DNA of 64,000 bases, taken from NCBI GenBank assembly GCA_002633005.1, contig NMRA01000266.1:515925-579924 (forward strand). Reading direction: 5' to 3'. Under the pieces are notes generated by a model. That model was not told where the DNA came from. It worked only from the letters and a program-made list of their open reading frames with translations, and did no database searches. The position numbers and the translations under genes were made by a program. Origin of the DNA: Phoronis australis. Taxonomy: Eukaryota; Animalia; Phoronida. Positions 1-12,400 of this stretch are shown here, in pieces (within the stretch, counting starts at the first letter, position 1; each line of letters begins with the position of its first letter).

Positions 1-1389
1 AGAAACGCATTGTCCACTATAGTGAAAAGATGTCTAGGATTTGAAAATGTTTTCTCATCTGAAGATTCTGTATTTGAATATGGCAGGATTTGATGAGGAT
101 TGAATGCTAGATGTCAAATTTAGCTTCGGAGTTTTATAAACTTGCACAAAATGTTGTTTGTGCTGCGAAAATGCCCTGTGCTTTCTTCTAGAAATCTGCT
201 GTTTGCTGTACTTTTGACATTAAATTCCAATTGTATCAGCATTTTTTTCTTGATATAGAATTTGATGTAAAACAAAAATGTTAAAAAGAACTTCAAACAT
301 AAAGTCAAGCTGGCCACTTTGAACATTACTGTGCTATGGACCCTGACCCAGTCTGTCATTTTTGCTGCACAACGATTAATCCTTTTGCATAAATTTGCCT
401 AAACGTCCATTTGAAACACTCACAGTAATTAAAAAACGCTCGTTAAAGCATTATTTTCACACCATTACCCAGGTAGTGATTACAAGCAGGTGTTAAAAAG
501 TAATTTTTAACCTCTGTCTGGGCATCAAGTGACCTATACCTTCTGAATAATCAGTGAATGAAAAATCTCAGTCCATGTCATAAAGTGCCAACTGTAATCA
601 TTTCCATTCACGTGAACACCATTTTTATGTAGGGAGTCGTTTTTTGCATTGAATTTAAGTTTCTAAAAACGTCAGATTTGGGTGACTTCCTGTTTTTGAT
701 TTTAGGATCTTGCTGGAGTTTTGAAGAGAATTGTGTGCAGTGTTTTATATTTGCCTCAAACAACTGAGGTATCAACCATCAAATTCTCTTTTAAAACATT
801 GTCTATAAGTGTTCATTTTAATATCATCTTTGTTAAAAGAAAAATAAAATTCACCTTTTCCTTGTCCACGTACCATGAAAAGAGTGAAACTTATCAGCCG
901 AATCAACCTAAACATTAAAGAGAAATCAATGTTTAAAATAGATAAGAGAGCATCAAAAATCAGAATGCCTGAAAAAGACTGATAATGATTTGCCAAGTAA
1001 TTGAAATCAGCTGAGGTCTCCCGAACCACTCACATGTTTGACAAAGAAATATTACGTTTAAAGAAATGCTATGAGAAGCAAGAAATTGACACACAGTATA
1101 TGAAGATTAAGTTTTTGCAAGAGACCCACGAGGTTTGTCAGTTATATGAATAATTGAAAAGCCGTGGTTTTGAAGGTTTTTAGAATCTGTAGAGGTTTGT
1201 ATATCTTTCTCTCAAAACAATTTGTCATTTTGATCTTTAATACTATAATTACAAATTTCATTTGGCACTGGCTGTGGTACAAATTCATGGTAACAGAGTG
1301 GCTTTATCTGCTAGTCACTTAGAACTGAAACTATTCAGTGAAGATCCCTTTGGAACCAAAGAACCGTACCTTGATATAGTATGTGTACA

Positions 1390-2110
1390 GCCATTTCGTC
1401 CATATCTCACGGACTTGATTCGCCACTGGGTGTGCCCTCTGTTGTTGTAGAATAAAACAATAAAAACACTAACAGGGATACTCCTTAATGCTGGGCGATT
1501 CCATAACAGGACTGAATGCACCGCTGGTAGATCAATTACAGGGTCTCTGTTAAGACTAGGTCTGTGGACTTGGATTTCAATTGCTTCTCGTATCCTGCGC
1601 TTCCACTTCTCTGGGTGCAGACTTAATATACTGAAGTCCTCCTCAGAGATCTGGTGATGTAGATCTCTGTCATGCTCTTGGACAGCAGTAATAGGCCTGA
1701 GGTTGAAGTTATGGTTGTCCTTAACTCTGGTCGATAACTGGCGACCCGTGTGTCCAATATAGTTTTCAGTACACTCACTACACTGTCGTGTATTCGTACA
1801 TCACCCCACGCCTCTCGAGGGGGGGATGACGGTTCTTTCACTGATGGCAGGATGGACGGAATAGTGTTAAACCGTTTGGGAAACATCTTGATGTTGTGTT
1901 TATGGTAGACGGGCTGATTTCTTTCGGAGATTCGTCTGACATAGGAAATACACACAGTGAAGTTGATGATCGCAGGATCAGCGGGTCGCCCTGACATGTT
2001 CATTCCTTGTTACGTACATCGAACATCCAGCCATGATATACGTCGGCACCCAATGCTCATTTCACATGACGATCCTCAGCTTCCTTCAAAACTGTGTCAA
2101 TACAATGCCA
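1390..2110 (-). mobile_element. Decayed Penelope-like retroelement 3' fragment (RT thumb, linker, GIY-YIG endonuclease)
   Basis: Minus-strand translation across frameshifts and stops: CIDTVLKEAEDRHVK*ALGADVYHGWMF, then VCISYVRRISERNQPVYHKHNIKMFPKRFNTIPSILPSVKEP, then GVMYEY/CSECTENYIGHTGRQLSTRVKD...AVQEH...ILSLHPEKWKRRIREAIEIQVHRPSLNRD. This matches the typical PLE C-terminus. Confidence 0.85.
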
Positions 2111-2896
2111 GTAATTTGCTAAAATATAATACCAAGTTGTATTAGAAATCTAAAATGCCAATGTTCTGTACCGATGTTTGGTTATTTCTCGTCAGTCTGA
2201 CATGGGAGTTTTTGTCATGTTCTTGTCTGCATAAATAATCAGCGTTGTTGCTGTTATCATAAGCTGTAAGCAACGTTCATCATTATCACTATCTTTTTCT
2301 TCTATCCTGTAATATCATGATAACGTAAAATTTACTTATTGAAATATATACGTATCGCCATTGGTCTAAAGTATAACTAAGGCCAAACAATGCATAATTG
2401 CCAAATGTGTTACAAACTAGACAGTAACATTGTGACGTCTAAGAATATAGTGGATGAATTTTAGAGATATTGGGAGTTCTCATGAGGAATTTGAATTTAA
2501 ATACCGTGATGTGGGAGAATGACCAAAGTGACCATTTGTGTATTATGGCTGAAGATCTCAGTACGCACTTCACACTTAAGTGGTATTTGTCTTGCTCACC
2601 ACCCAAGTCATATAACTTACTGCGATGTATTTTCGTAAGGAATATTTGCGTGACGTCCACTTTCCGCAAGCCATGGACAGTTGAAACTGCGCAGTCGCGT
2701 CAACGACTGAACTAATACTCACGGGATACTAATTATCCGTAAGTGATTCTGTAGGAAGTACGTTGTTTTGTGTTACATTCCATGTCATGCTAAAGTGAGT
2801 TGCATTTCCTGCCTAAAATTGCTTTGCTAGTACCCATGCCTCGTAAAATCTTTTTGTAATTTGCAGTTATTTTGATGACTCTTTTCTTAACTGAAT

Positions 2897-3254
2897 GGTC
2901 CATTTACAGTGATGTCCTGCTGAATTAAATGGCATATTGATATTGCGGGTCCATTTATAGTGATGTCCTGCTGAATTAAATGGCATATTGATATTGCGGG
3001 TCCATTTATAGTGATGTCCTGCTGAATTAAATGGCATATTGATATTGCGGGTCCAGTTACAGTGATGTCCTGCTGAATTAAATGGCATATTGATATTGCT
3101 GGTCCATTTACAGTGATGTCCTGCTGAATTAGATGGCATATTGATATCGCGGGTCCATTTACAGTGATGTCCTGCTGAATTAAATGGCATATTGATATTG
3201 CGAGTCCATTTACAGTGATGTCCTGCTGAATTAAATGGCATATTGATATTTCGG
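2897..3254. repeat. Minisatellite, 51-bp unit, about 7 copies
   Basis: Repeated GGTCCATTTACAGTGATGTCCTGCTGAATTAAATGGCATATTGATATTGCG; explains the 17-aa-repeat ORFs. Confidence 0.95.
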
Positions 3255-3473
3255 GTTTCTTAACAAAGATAGGCTTCTGCCTAGGAAGTAACACGGTCTA
3301 TTTTTCATAGTCCATTCGTATTAGTGTGCATTCACATCTGTCGTAATACGTAACTTTGATGCTATTCAAAAGACAGCTTTCTTACAGATGCATTCATCAG
3401 TTACTTTGCCTCTCATTTACAGTTTAAGTATTTGAAACGGCCCATTTTCATATTGCGTTTCTTAAATTTCCAG

Positions 3474-6400
3474 AAGTGAGAGAGATGGTGTCCAGTCAGG
3501 TGACACCGAGACACCAACAGGAGGCAGCACTAATGGCACGTCTGATCAAGCTGAGCTTCCCACCTTGGACGTCCCTGATACAACTGCTCAAGAGTCTGAG
3601 AGCAAGTAAGAAACAAATACCTTTGCCACAAGTTTATTTATTTATTTATTTATTTATTATTATTGTGATATTTAAAATGAGGGTGGCCTCTTCAGTGATA
3701 GCACTGCTTTCCAAGAGGGCCCTCAAGTGCTAACTTTTTGCTGAAACCTGTAATTTGGCATGGTCAAGCTTAACCTGGTTCTTTCGTTGAATACATGCTC
3801 ACTTTCTTGACGTTTACATTTCCTGTTGCTGTTAATTGTTTCAGCATTGGGTGTTTTCTATACCCTTCCAAAATAGTGTCCTAATGCATTCAAGCAATCT
3901 TTAAAATACTAGCATTTCGGAAGGTGATCGTTTGACATTCTATTCTCAGTACACCACAATGTTCATGTTTATACTGTGCGTGTTCTAAAATGAACGTAGG
4001 TGTTCTATTTTAGAACACAAGTGATGCGCTGACGCGTCATTTCGCTTAGATTGTAGGTGGAGTGCCTCATTCAGTCATGGGTTTTAGTTAGTTGTGCTGT
4101 TTAGTGTATTCCATTCACATGTTGATATTGCAGTCAAGACAAGGAGACAGAAAGCCAAATTGATGATCTCGGCAAAAAGGAAGGTACTGGTGAGTCTCGT
4201 GTTCTGGAAGAAACTGTCCACCCGGAGCAGTTAACTAAACCAGGTACTTGGGCCTTGTCTTGTCAAAGGTTGAAAACACAGTTGTAGCAAAGGTGGCCAT
4301 AAGCAGCTTTTTGTGAACCCAGCCCTGCATATCTTGACTGTGTGGTATTCACCTTTAACAATCACCTTCATAAAGTGTGCTAGTAAATTGTGTGCCACTA
4401 AGAATCCAAGAGAGGACAGTCTTTGCCAAGGTCAGTCTTAGCCGAGCTCAGTATTAGCCGAGGTCAGTCTTAGCCGAGGTCAGTCTTAGCCGAGGTCAGT
4501 CTTAGCCGAGGTCAGTCTTAGCCGAGATCAGTCTTACAACCATTGACAAAATGGGTTCACCCTGCTTGCTAAGTCTTGCAAGACAAGACTGATCGTTAGT
4601 TGGGATTTCTAGTGTCCGAATAGTGTCCGAATGGCATGAATGATGGGTAATATTCTATGGCCAGGTTGGTCAGTATTGAGGTTTATCAGAAGTTGGTCAT
4701 ATCACGTTTCAGTGACAGAGGCTTGGGGCTTGAACAAGATTTGTTTCTCAAAGAGTGGAAAAGGGTGGGGACGCAGTTTGTCTTTCGTTTCCGTAACCGT
4801 GGAACAGACTGGGGGCACGAAACATTTTTCAACCAATCGGAGGCCATAAGTATCGGTGGTTGTGTAATGATTTTTGGTGTTGTAGCTCCTGATACAGCTC
4901 AGCCCACTGCTCAGACACAAGATCCCATGCCAACAGATGTCGCTAGTCACACGTCCACAGATGGCAGTAGTGGTGCACAGACAGAGACTTCTCCCCCTGT
5001 CTCAGATGACACTCAGGATAACCTTGAAGAGTTTGAAGAGTGGAAGAAGAAGCGGATGCCAGATATCGGTGAGGAAAGCTTCTTGGTGTTCAGACAAGCT
5101 TGCACAATATTACCCATTCATGATCGTACTTTTCTAGTGGTTATAAGTTACTACATTATCATTGTTGTACCATGCTTGGTCTGTACACTAGTACTTCATT
5201 ATAGTTGTCGTTTAATGTCGCTATTTTCTCTTAAGTACGGCATTTTTAAGATATTTATTCAATACTTGGGAAAATATTTATTTTTGCTAATCAGGTGTTA
5301 AGATGTGCACTTGTGTTCAGAGCTATAAGTTCCCTAAATGAGTTTTTCCTTTGATAGCTCGTACTTTTTTCGTGACTTTGTTAATGTAGCAGTTGCGACA
5401 TCTATTGGACATTACCACAGGATGTTTGTCTCATCTTGGCTCCATGGTTAAATTATGTGTTGAGCTTGAAAATCCATATTGGAAAGATTAACCAAGCTTA
5501 GAATTATGCATCGTCATTCAAGCTTTTGTTCGCTTTACAAGTTTTCACAATTTTGAAGACTTCTGCCAACGCCTATTGAATGTGTTCTCCATTGTTACAA
5601 AAAAGAAGGACAAGCAACTTTTGTGATCTTTGTACCTGGGTCTAGGAACATGATTCGTTTCAATGTATAACTTACAAAAGTTTCGTTACATTTTAATTTT
5701 AACTGTCAAACTCTGGACCAGGAACTTAAAGCTTGACTAAGCTCGCTCAAATTTAGTTGAGTACCTCACCACTCATCAGAATTGTTGTCTCCAATAGGGG
5801 GCGATGTTGTCACGGAGTCCAGCAATAGTCAAGACATCATCAAACCAGGCAAGAAGCTGACCAACTTTGCAAGTGCTGAGTGTGGGGCAAAGGTCATGGC
5901 CTCTAACCCCGAGGCCAAGAACGCCCCCTATCTGCTGAGTGAGAATAAGGATGAATACATGATCAACCCATGCAGCGCTAAGAAGTGGTGAGTTGCGGAT
6001 CAAGAGTAGTCGTGGCGATTATTGTCAGTTGAATCTCGTTAATAATACTGGCATTTAATGTGTAGGTCAAGCCCTAATGTTGCTGAATTCAATCTGGAAA
6101 AAATTATGTTAGCAACTACCAGTCGTCCACGGAAACCATTTTCATTCATATGAAGGTAATGATGCTTGTGATTTTGATAAACACAACTTTGTTTATTTAT
6201 GATGTAGCTCACTGCCACTTCACACTATGTGGCAGTGTAGCCGATTTTGTAGAGTGTCAAACTTAAACGAATTATAATGGTGATCTTAATTTCTCATGAC
6301 GGTACAAGAAATGTGATTCAGAATCAAGTAACATCGTTAAACTTCATTCCTTTTGTTTCTTTTGTTATATAATTTCTCACTCTTGAGGTTATAAGATATT

Positions 6401-9400
6401 TTTCTCTCTAGTTGTGCTTAAGAATACCGTGCTATCTTTATGGTCTAGTCTATGTTTGCAGTCCAGATATTTGCCCGCCAAATATGTTACCGCAAATTGT
6501 CTGTTGAAGTTCACCAGTCCACCATAACCTCTCCGTCCTTACCCTAGGTTTGTTGTGCAGCTGTGTGAGGCTGTTGAACAGATCCATGCCATAGAGATAG
6601 CTAATCTGGAGTTGTTCTCCTCTGTGCCAGAGACATTCAAAGTCTTTATAAGTGACAGGTACATTGTAACTGTAGATATCAAAAATTGTTGTTTAGATGA
6701 ACCTTTGCGGTGGGTTTTTATACTTGTTTATTGTAATGCTGATTATATAATATGATTTTTGTAATTAGGTCTCAGTTTCAGTTAAAGGGATATTTTGGTT
6801 TCCCAAAAAGTGCGTTTTTGGGAATTGTTGAATGGGATAGACTTCTTATGGACTTTTTTGAGGCTTTGACCAGAGTTATGAAACGATGAAATCGTGACCA
6901 TTGTTTTGTGATTTAATTTATTACAAATCACCAATTTTCGACATTGTTTGTCTCACAGTTGCCGTAGTCAAGGCCAGTGACTTTTCCAGTTAAATACGCT
7001 TAAATCATAGTCATTTATCACTTTAATATCTGTCATTTATCCAGTGAGATTTAACTTGCTGGTAGTGCGTTTGGGCTGCCACAACGAAGGTTCTCGGTTG
7101 GAATTCACACTGGGGCTGTTCTCAGAAAAATCACCTTTCCAGATATTGTCATAAAAAGTCTAAGCTATCTATCTAGAAATGTGTTTTAAAAGTAACTAGC
7201 CTAATATTTAATTATTTTTACTGATTCATTCGGGTCCAATATCCATATCTAGCATATTAATCTAATTTGTTTGTTTGTTTATTTGTTTTCTTTTCTCACT
7301 AATGCGCTGCCTAACCACCTTACCAGGTTCCCAGTCAAAGAATGGACGTTTCCCCTAGGTACATTCCATGCTAAGGAGCACCGTAGTGTCCAGTCTTTCA
7401 ACGTGACTGCCAAATCACAGGTAACCTGTTTGTATTACCTCTAACTGCCAAATCACATGTAACCCGTTCATATTTCATATAAGTGCCAAATCATTGGTAA
7501 TTTGACCGTATTCCATGTAACTACCAAATCACAGGTAACCTGATCGTATTCCATGTCCTCTCATGAATTTCCTACTCCTCGTATAAACAGAAACTTGTGC
7601 GCAAGACTACGTAATTTCCAAAATGGTTCATACGGATTATGTTGGACCATTCTCTACCTTGAAAAGCGTTGAGCAAACTCAGAACAAGTCTTGCTTTTTT
7701 GCAAGAAAAGCGTTGAGCAAACTCAGAACAAGTCTTGCTTTTTTGCAAGAAAAGCGTTGAGCAAACTCAGAACCAGTCTTGCTTTTTTGCAAGAAAAGCG
7801 TTGAGCAAACTCAGAACAAGATGTTTTGGTGATGATTTCTGAGTAGATTTTCCACCGTGGTCTACTGAGGTATTGGCGTTCAGTGGTAGATGCACATTTA
7901 GAGAGAGGTATTTAGTCAGAAGTATAAAGCAAAAACTGCTGAACCAGATGAGTAAGAAACTAACAGACGTACAGATGAGATGGTGTGACTTTGTGGAGGA
8001 CACACTGCTAGACCCTTGTGTCAGGTCTCTAGATACTTGACCTAGTGGGGCACACTGCTAGACCCTTGAGTCAGGTCTCTAGATACTTGACCTAGTGGGA
8101 CACACTGCTAGACCCTTGAGTCAGGTCTCTAGATACTTGGCCTAGTGGGGCACACTGCTAGACCCTTGAGTCAGGTCTCTAGATACTTGACCTAGTGGGN
8201 CTTGAGTCAGTCTATAGCTACTTGGCCTAGTGGGGCACACTGCTAGACCCTTGTGTCAGTCTACAGCTACTTGGCCTAGTGGGGCACACTGCTAGACCCT
8301 TGAGTCAGTCTACAGCTACTTGACCTAGTGGGACACACTGCTAGACCCTTGAGTCAGGTCTCTAGATACTTGGCCTAGTGGGACACACTGCTAGACCCTT
8401 GAGTCAAGTCTCTAGCTCCTCAACTTGGTTTTCACTATACACGAATGTGAGCGGTGCAGTGGGACCACCTGAACGATCTGCGCACGTCTGGTACACGTCT
8501 GTCTGGTACACGTCCGTCTGGTACACGTCGCACCAGACCTCCTGTAAATTTTACATTAAGTCACAATAGATAATAACAGAAATGTGTAGATAAGGATTAC
8601 GCTTGAGGGCGGACCTTGTCCAATCCTGCTCCAATGAGATGTTGATGTATATCGAGCTTGTCCAATCCTGCTCCAATGAGATGTTGATGTATATCGTAGA
8701 TGTTCGCTAAGTACGTGCGGTTTGAGATGTCAACTCACTATGGCAAGGAACACTACTGCCCCCTCAGTCTCCTGCGTATATACGCTACCAGCGTAGAGGA
8801 CATGGGGGATGACGGTGATTCTGATGGCGGTGGGGAGCAAGAAGGAGCCGGGGTGGACAACAAAGTTGGTGAAGGTGAGCTGGGCTGTAGATGTTTTTTG
8901 TACTCTTTTTTGATCTCGTCGTCATATTCGTCATCTTCGTCATCCTCTCTATTGTCGACTTTTCTGTTAATTTCGCCAAGTGTCGCTCCACGGAGCACTT
9001 TCATTTGATCTGTTCCCATGGTTTCTGCAAAGTCTTAAGTATTGTTTTGGGTAATATTTCAAACGAATAAGAGTATCTGGCAAGTGATTCCCTGGTATTT
9101 TGATTTAATGTTGATCATGTTTTCCTGATTTTGTTGCCATTGTCATTTTCATCTGTGCCACCATTGTCTCTGTAATTATCGTTGTCATCATATTTTTTTA
9201 TTGTCACCGTCATCATCATTTGAATCGATCATTATCACCATCATCACTGTCATCATTGCTGCTATCATCATTTTAATTTGTCATCATTACCATCACCATT
9301 GTCAACATCGTCTTCTCCATCGTAATCGTCACTTAAATCACCAACACTGTCATCATCATTGTCATTACCATCAAGCTCTGCTTTTTGCGAAAAGTAAGGT

Positions 9401-12400
9401 GACACCTGACAAACAAACAGTTTTACCCCACAACGCATTGTTTGTCGGGTAAAATGGCGGCTTGGAAACGAAGGTGTGTCGAGAATGCTGCATTCTGATT
9501 GGTCTGTTAAGCTGTCACTCAAAATCCTGGCGATAGGTCAATCGTTGTCGTCATGATCATAGTCTCTATCATCACCACTATTACCGTTTTCATCATCATT
9601 GTCATTATCTACTGCTGTTGCCATCATCACATCATCAGCACCATTGTCGTCACCACCAACACAATAATTGTCATCATCACCATAACCTTCATCAGCATTG
9701 ACACCGTCTACTTAATTCATAGTTTCACACCAAATCTCTTGTCGTTTTACTGTCACCGTCTCATGCTTCATTCCAGCCACACCCATCCAAGACAGTGATG
9801 CCCCCTCCAACCTGTTCTCCACCACGGCCGACACTGTTCTGAGCCTCGTGAAGAGTGTCCTATCACCCACTGATGCTGGTCACCAAGGTGATACGGGTAA
9901 GGGGAAATGGCGGTCGCCAAAAGCAATCGGACAAAATCACGTTTCTTTGTCTAACTTAATCTTTGGGTAATGACGCATTGGGATTAGGTATTTCTGCTAA
10001 TTTGGTTATGAATTTTGCTTGCACTCGGCTGTCGTGACTGGGAAGAATTCTGCTCATGTTGAATGATATAGGAATTCCGGGTCATTTTGCCCGATTCTTT
10101 TTGCCGTAAACTGCAAAAGGTGAATGTTTTCAACATGGGAACTGAATATCCACCCCTAAGTATTGCCCCACCAAATGGCTCTGTGGACATGACTGTGATG
10201 TGAACCTTTCCCCTTGTAGTGAATCGGAGAAGACTGGTCATGAGGGATGATAGTCGTCTTATACAGAATTTTGACACTGGAATCCCCAGTTATGAATTTG
10301 ATGGAAACTGTAACAAAAACAAAGGCATTTAAAACATCTGAAGAAAAACAAACAACAGAACTAAAAGCAATCATCAATTCAACATCATCGCCCCATCTAA
10401 GGCTTGATTTGGTATAGGTGTTCCTGGTCATTAGCAGAGTGTCTGTGTGAAATGTCGGTTAACCTCCTATAATTGCTTTCCTAGTTGGAGGACAATCTGC
10501 ATCAAACATTTTTGTTTTTTCAGCCAAGCCAGTTAACCAGACAGTCTTCAATGAGACCTCTGGTGTCAATAAATCGTACTACGCACCCAACACAAACTTT
10601 AGCAAAGAAGGTCTTCCACTTCCATGTACTCAAGATGGTGATGGTGAGGGGCAGGATCCTGATATTGTCACTGTATCCAAGGAGCTCTCTGGTGAGTTGC
10701 TGGGGTTGCTGTAATTAAGGATCTCTTTTGTGAGTTGCCATGGTTACTGTAACCAATGACCTCTCTGGAATCATAATAAAAAATTTGTTATTTTGCTCAA
10801 GGTCGGAGCTTTTCCCAAATTCTAGAAAAAGGCAATATTGGCCATCTCAAATTCGAGAAATTATCGGATCTGAAGATCGAAAACACAAAATCCCATAAAC
10901 ACCTTTGTCCCAAATCCCAGAATCAGGATAATTCAATTTTTCAAAAGTATTTGTGTCCCAAATAATAAAGGCTGTGCCACAGTAGAGGACTTATATTGTA
11001 GTGTGAAAATTTTTTTTCTTTCAATAAACTGTTGTGGTATTGTTGGAATTTATTGGTTTGCTTTGATTAACATTCCAAATTATTATGGTATATTTCAAGT
11101 TTGTATTACACGTATGCATTCTACAACAAATCTTCCCTGATGTAGCTCACAATATGGCCAACATGGGAAATTCTATCATGTCAAATTTCTCCACCAAAAA
11201 TTTAAAGTCAAAGTTAGTCTACGGTTTATACCATAAAGATTAAAAGTTTCCATGATTTGGAGCAAAGGAATCGACCTTTGAAGAATGAAAAAAATTAAAT
11301 TTTTGGCAATTACTTTCGTTCAAAACATGTGGAATAATATCGTAGGTATTTTACCTTTACAAATACTGCTGCATCTGCCCCCAGAGTTGTTTGCTGTAGT
11401 TTTTGTGTCTACCTGCTTTCTGAAAAAGCACCAAGGGTAAGATTTCTTGACTTGTGCTGCCTTTATATCTCAATTTTCCAATTTGCCGCCTACGTGTATG
11501 GCTTACTCCTCCAACTATCTGCTCCCAGGGGTCGTTTGGTTTAGTTTTCGTTAGTGGCTAGTACCTGGGAGTTTCCACAAAGCCAGCCAGGGTCACTTAC
11601 ACGAGTTGCCTGGGACAACACGTCCAGGAGTAGAGACCGTGCCTTATTCTGCCATGCTCCGTTTTACAGACTCCCAAACCCAGGTGAATGTGTCGGAGGA
11701 AACTAGCTCATCTGTACCCACCTCTGAACCGGCGCCCGTTGTCACCAAGTTAGCCGACCATGAGCAACAACCAGTGGACATCTCACTGCCCAGTATAGTG
11801 ACTCTAGTCGAGCGACCTTCGACCTCGGTCAGAGAAGTGCCGTGGTCTGCATACTCCTGTCTTGTGTGTGAACCTGTGACAGATAAGTGTATGACGAACA
11901 CTTCAGATATTTGTAGTTACGTGCGACTGGTGATGGCAAGTGTGCCTAGGCGTCCTTATGAGATGAGAACTCGAGAGTCTTCTGTGGTAACTGATGCTGT
12001 AGGAAATGGTGTACAATTAGAAACTGTTTCTTCAGTTTCTGAAAGTTCGCATTCGCAGACAATGACAGAATTGACATCTGAATCCACTGGCAGTCAGGAC
12101 TCTGTGTTGTCATGGAAACAGCTAAGCCACTCCCACTCCACCTCCACTGAGACTGGTGAAGTGGCTGATACACAAGAGACCGCGTCTTCGGTGGCAGCAG
12201 CCCCCTCTGTTGTTGAGCCAGATAGTGCGAGTTCATTTTCATCTGTATCCGAAGGTCTGAGTGTAGGTACTGACCGCGACGTGGTCCAGTCTCCACATTG
12301 TGACTCAGCANCTGTACCCACCTCTGAACCGGCGCCCGTTGTCACCAAGTTAGCCGACCATGAGCAACAACCAGTGGACATCTCACTGCCCAGTATAGTG

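Noticed and set aside
2867-3294. ORFs with 17-aa repeats (MPFNSAGHH.. / ISICHLIQQD..)
   Set aside because: Read-through of a 51-bp minisatellite; no splice or homology support.
3361-3420. Minus-strand CTGATGA...GAAA hammerhead-like core
   Set aside because: Stem II is weak and there is no UH cleavage site after the putative stem III.
4657-5301. 214-aa ORF as a stand-alone gene
   Set aside because: Only 4886-5068 is a SUCO exon; the rest is intron read-through.
7661-8415. Regular repeats as a CRISPR array (also 25755, 26488, 28900, 47179)
   Set aside because: Head-to-tail units with no unique spacers, in eukaryotic DNA with no cas genes.
9201-9798. His/Ile/Asp-rich ORFs
   Set aside because: Products of (CAT)n low-complexity intron sequence.
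9984-10431. Overlapping minus-strand ORFs in a SUCO intron, including a YLGV tetrapeptide
   Set aside because: No recognisable domain; the RT-like motif is too short to support.
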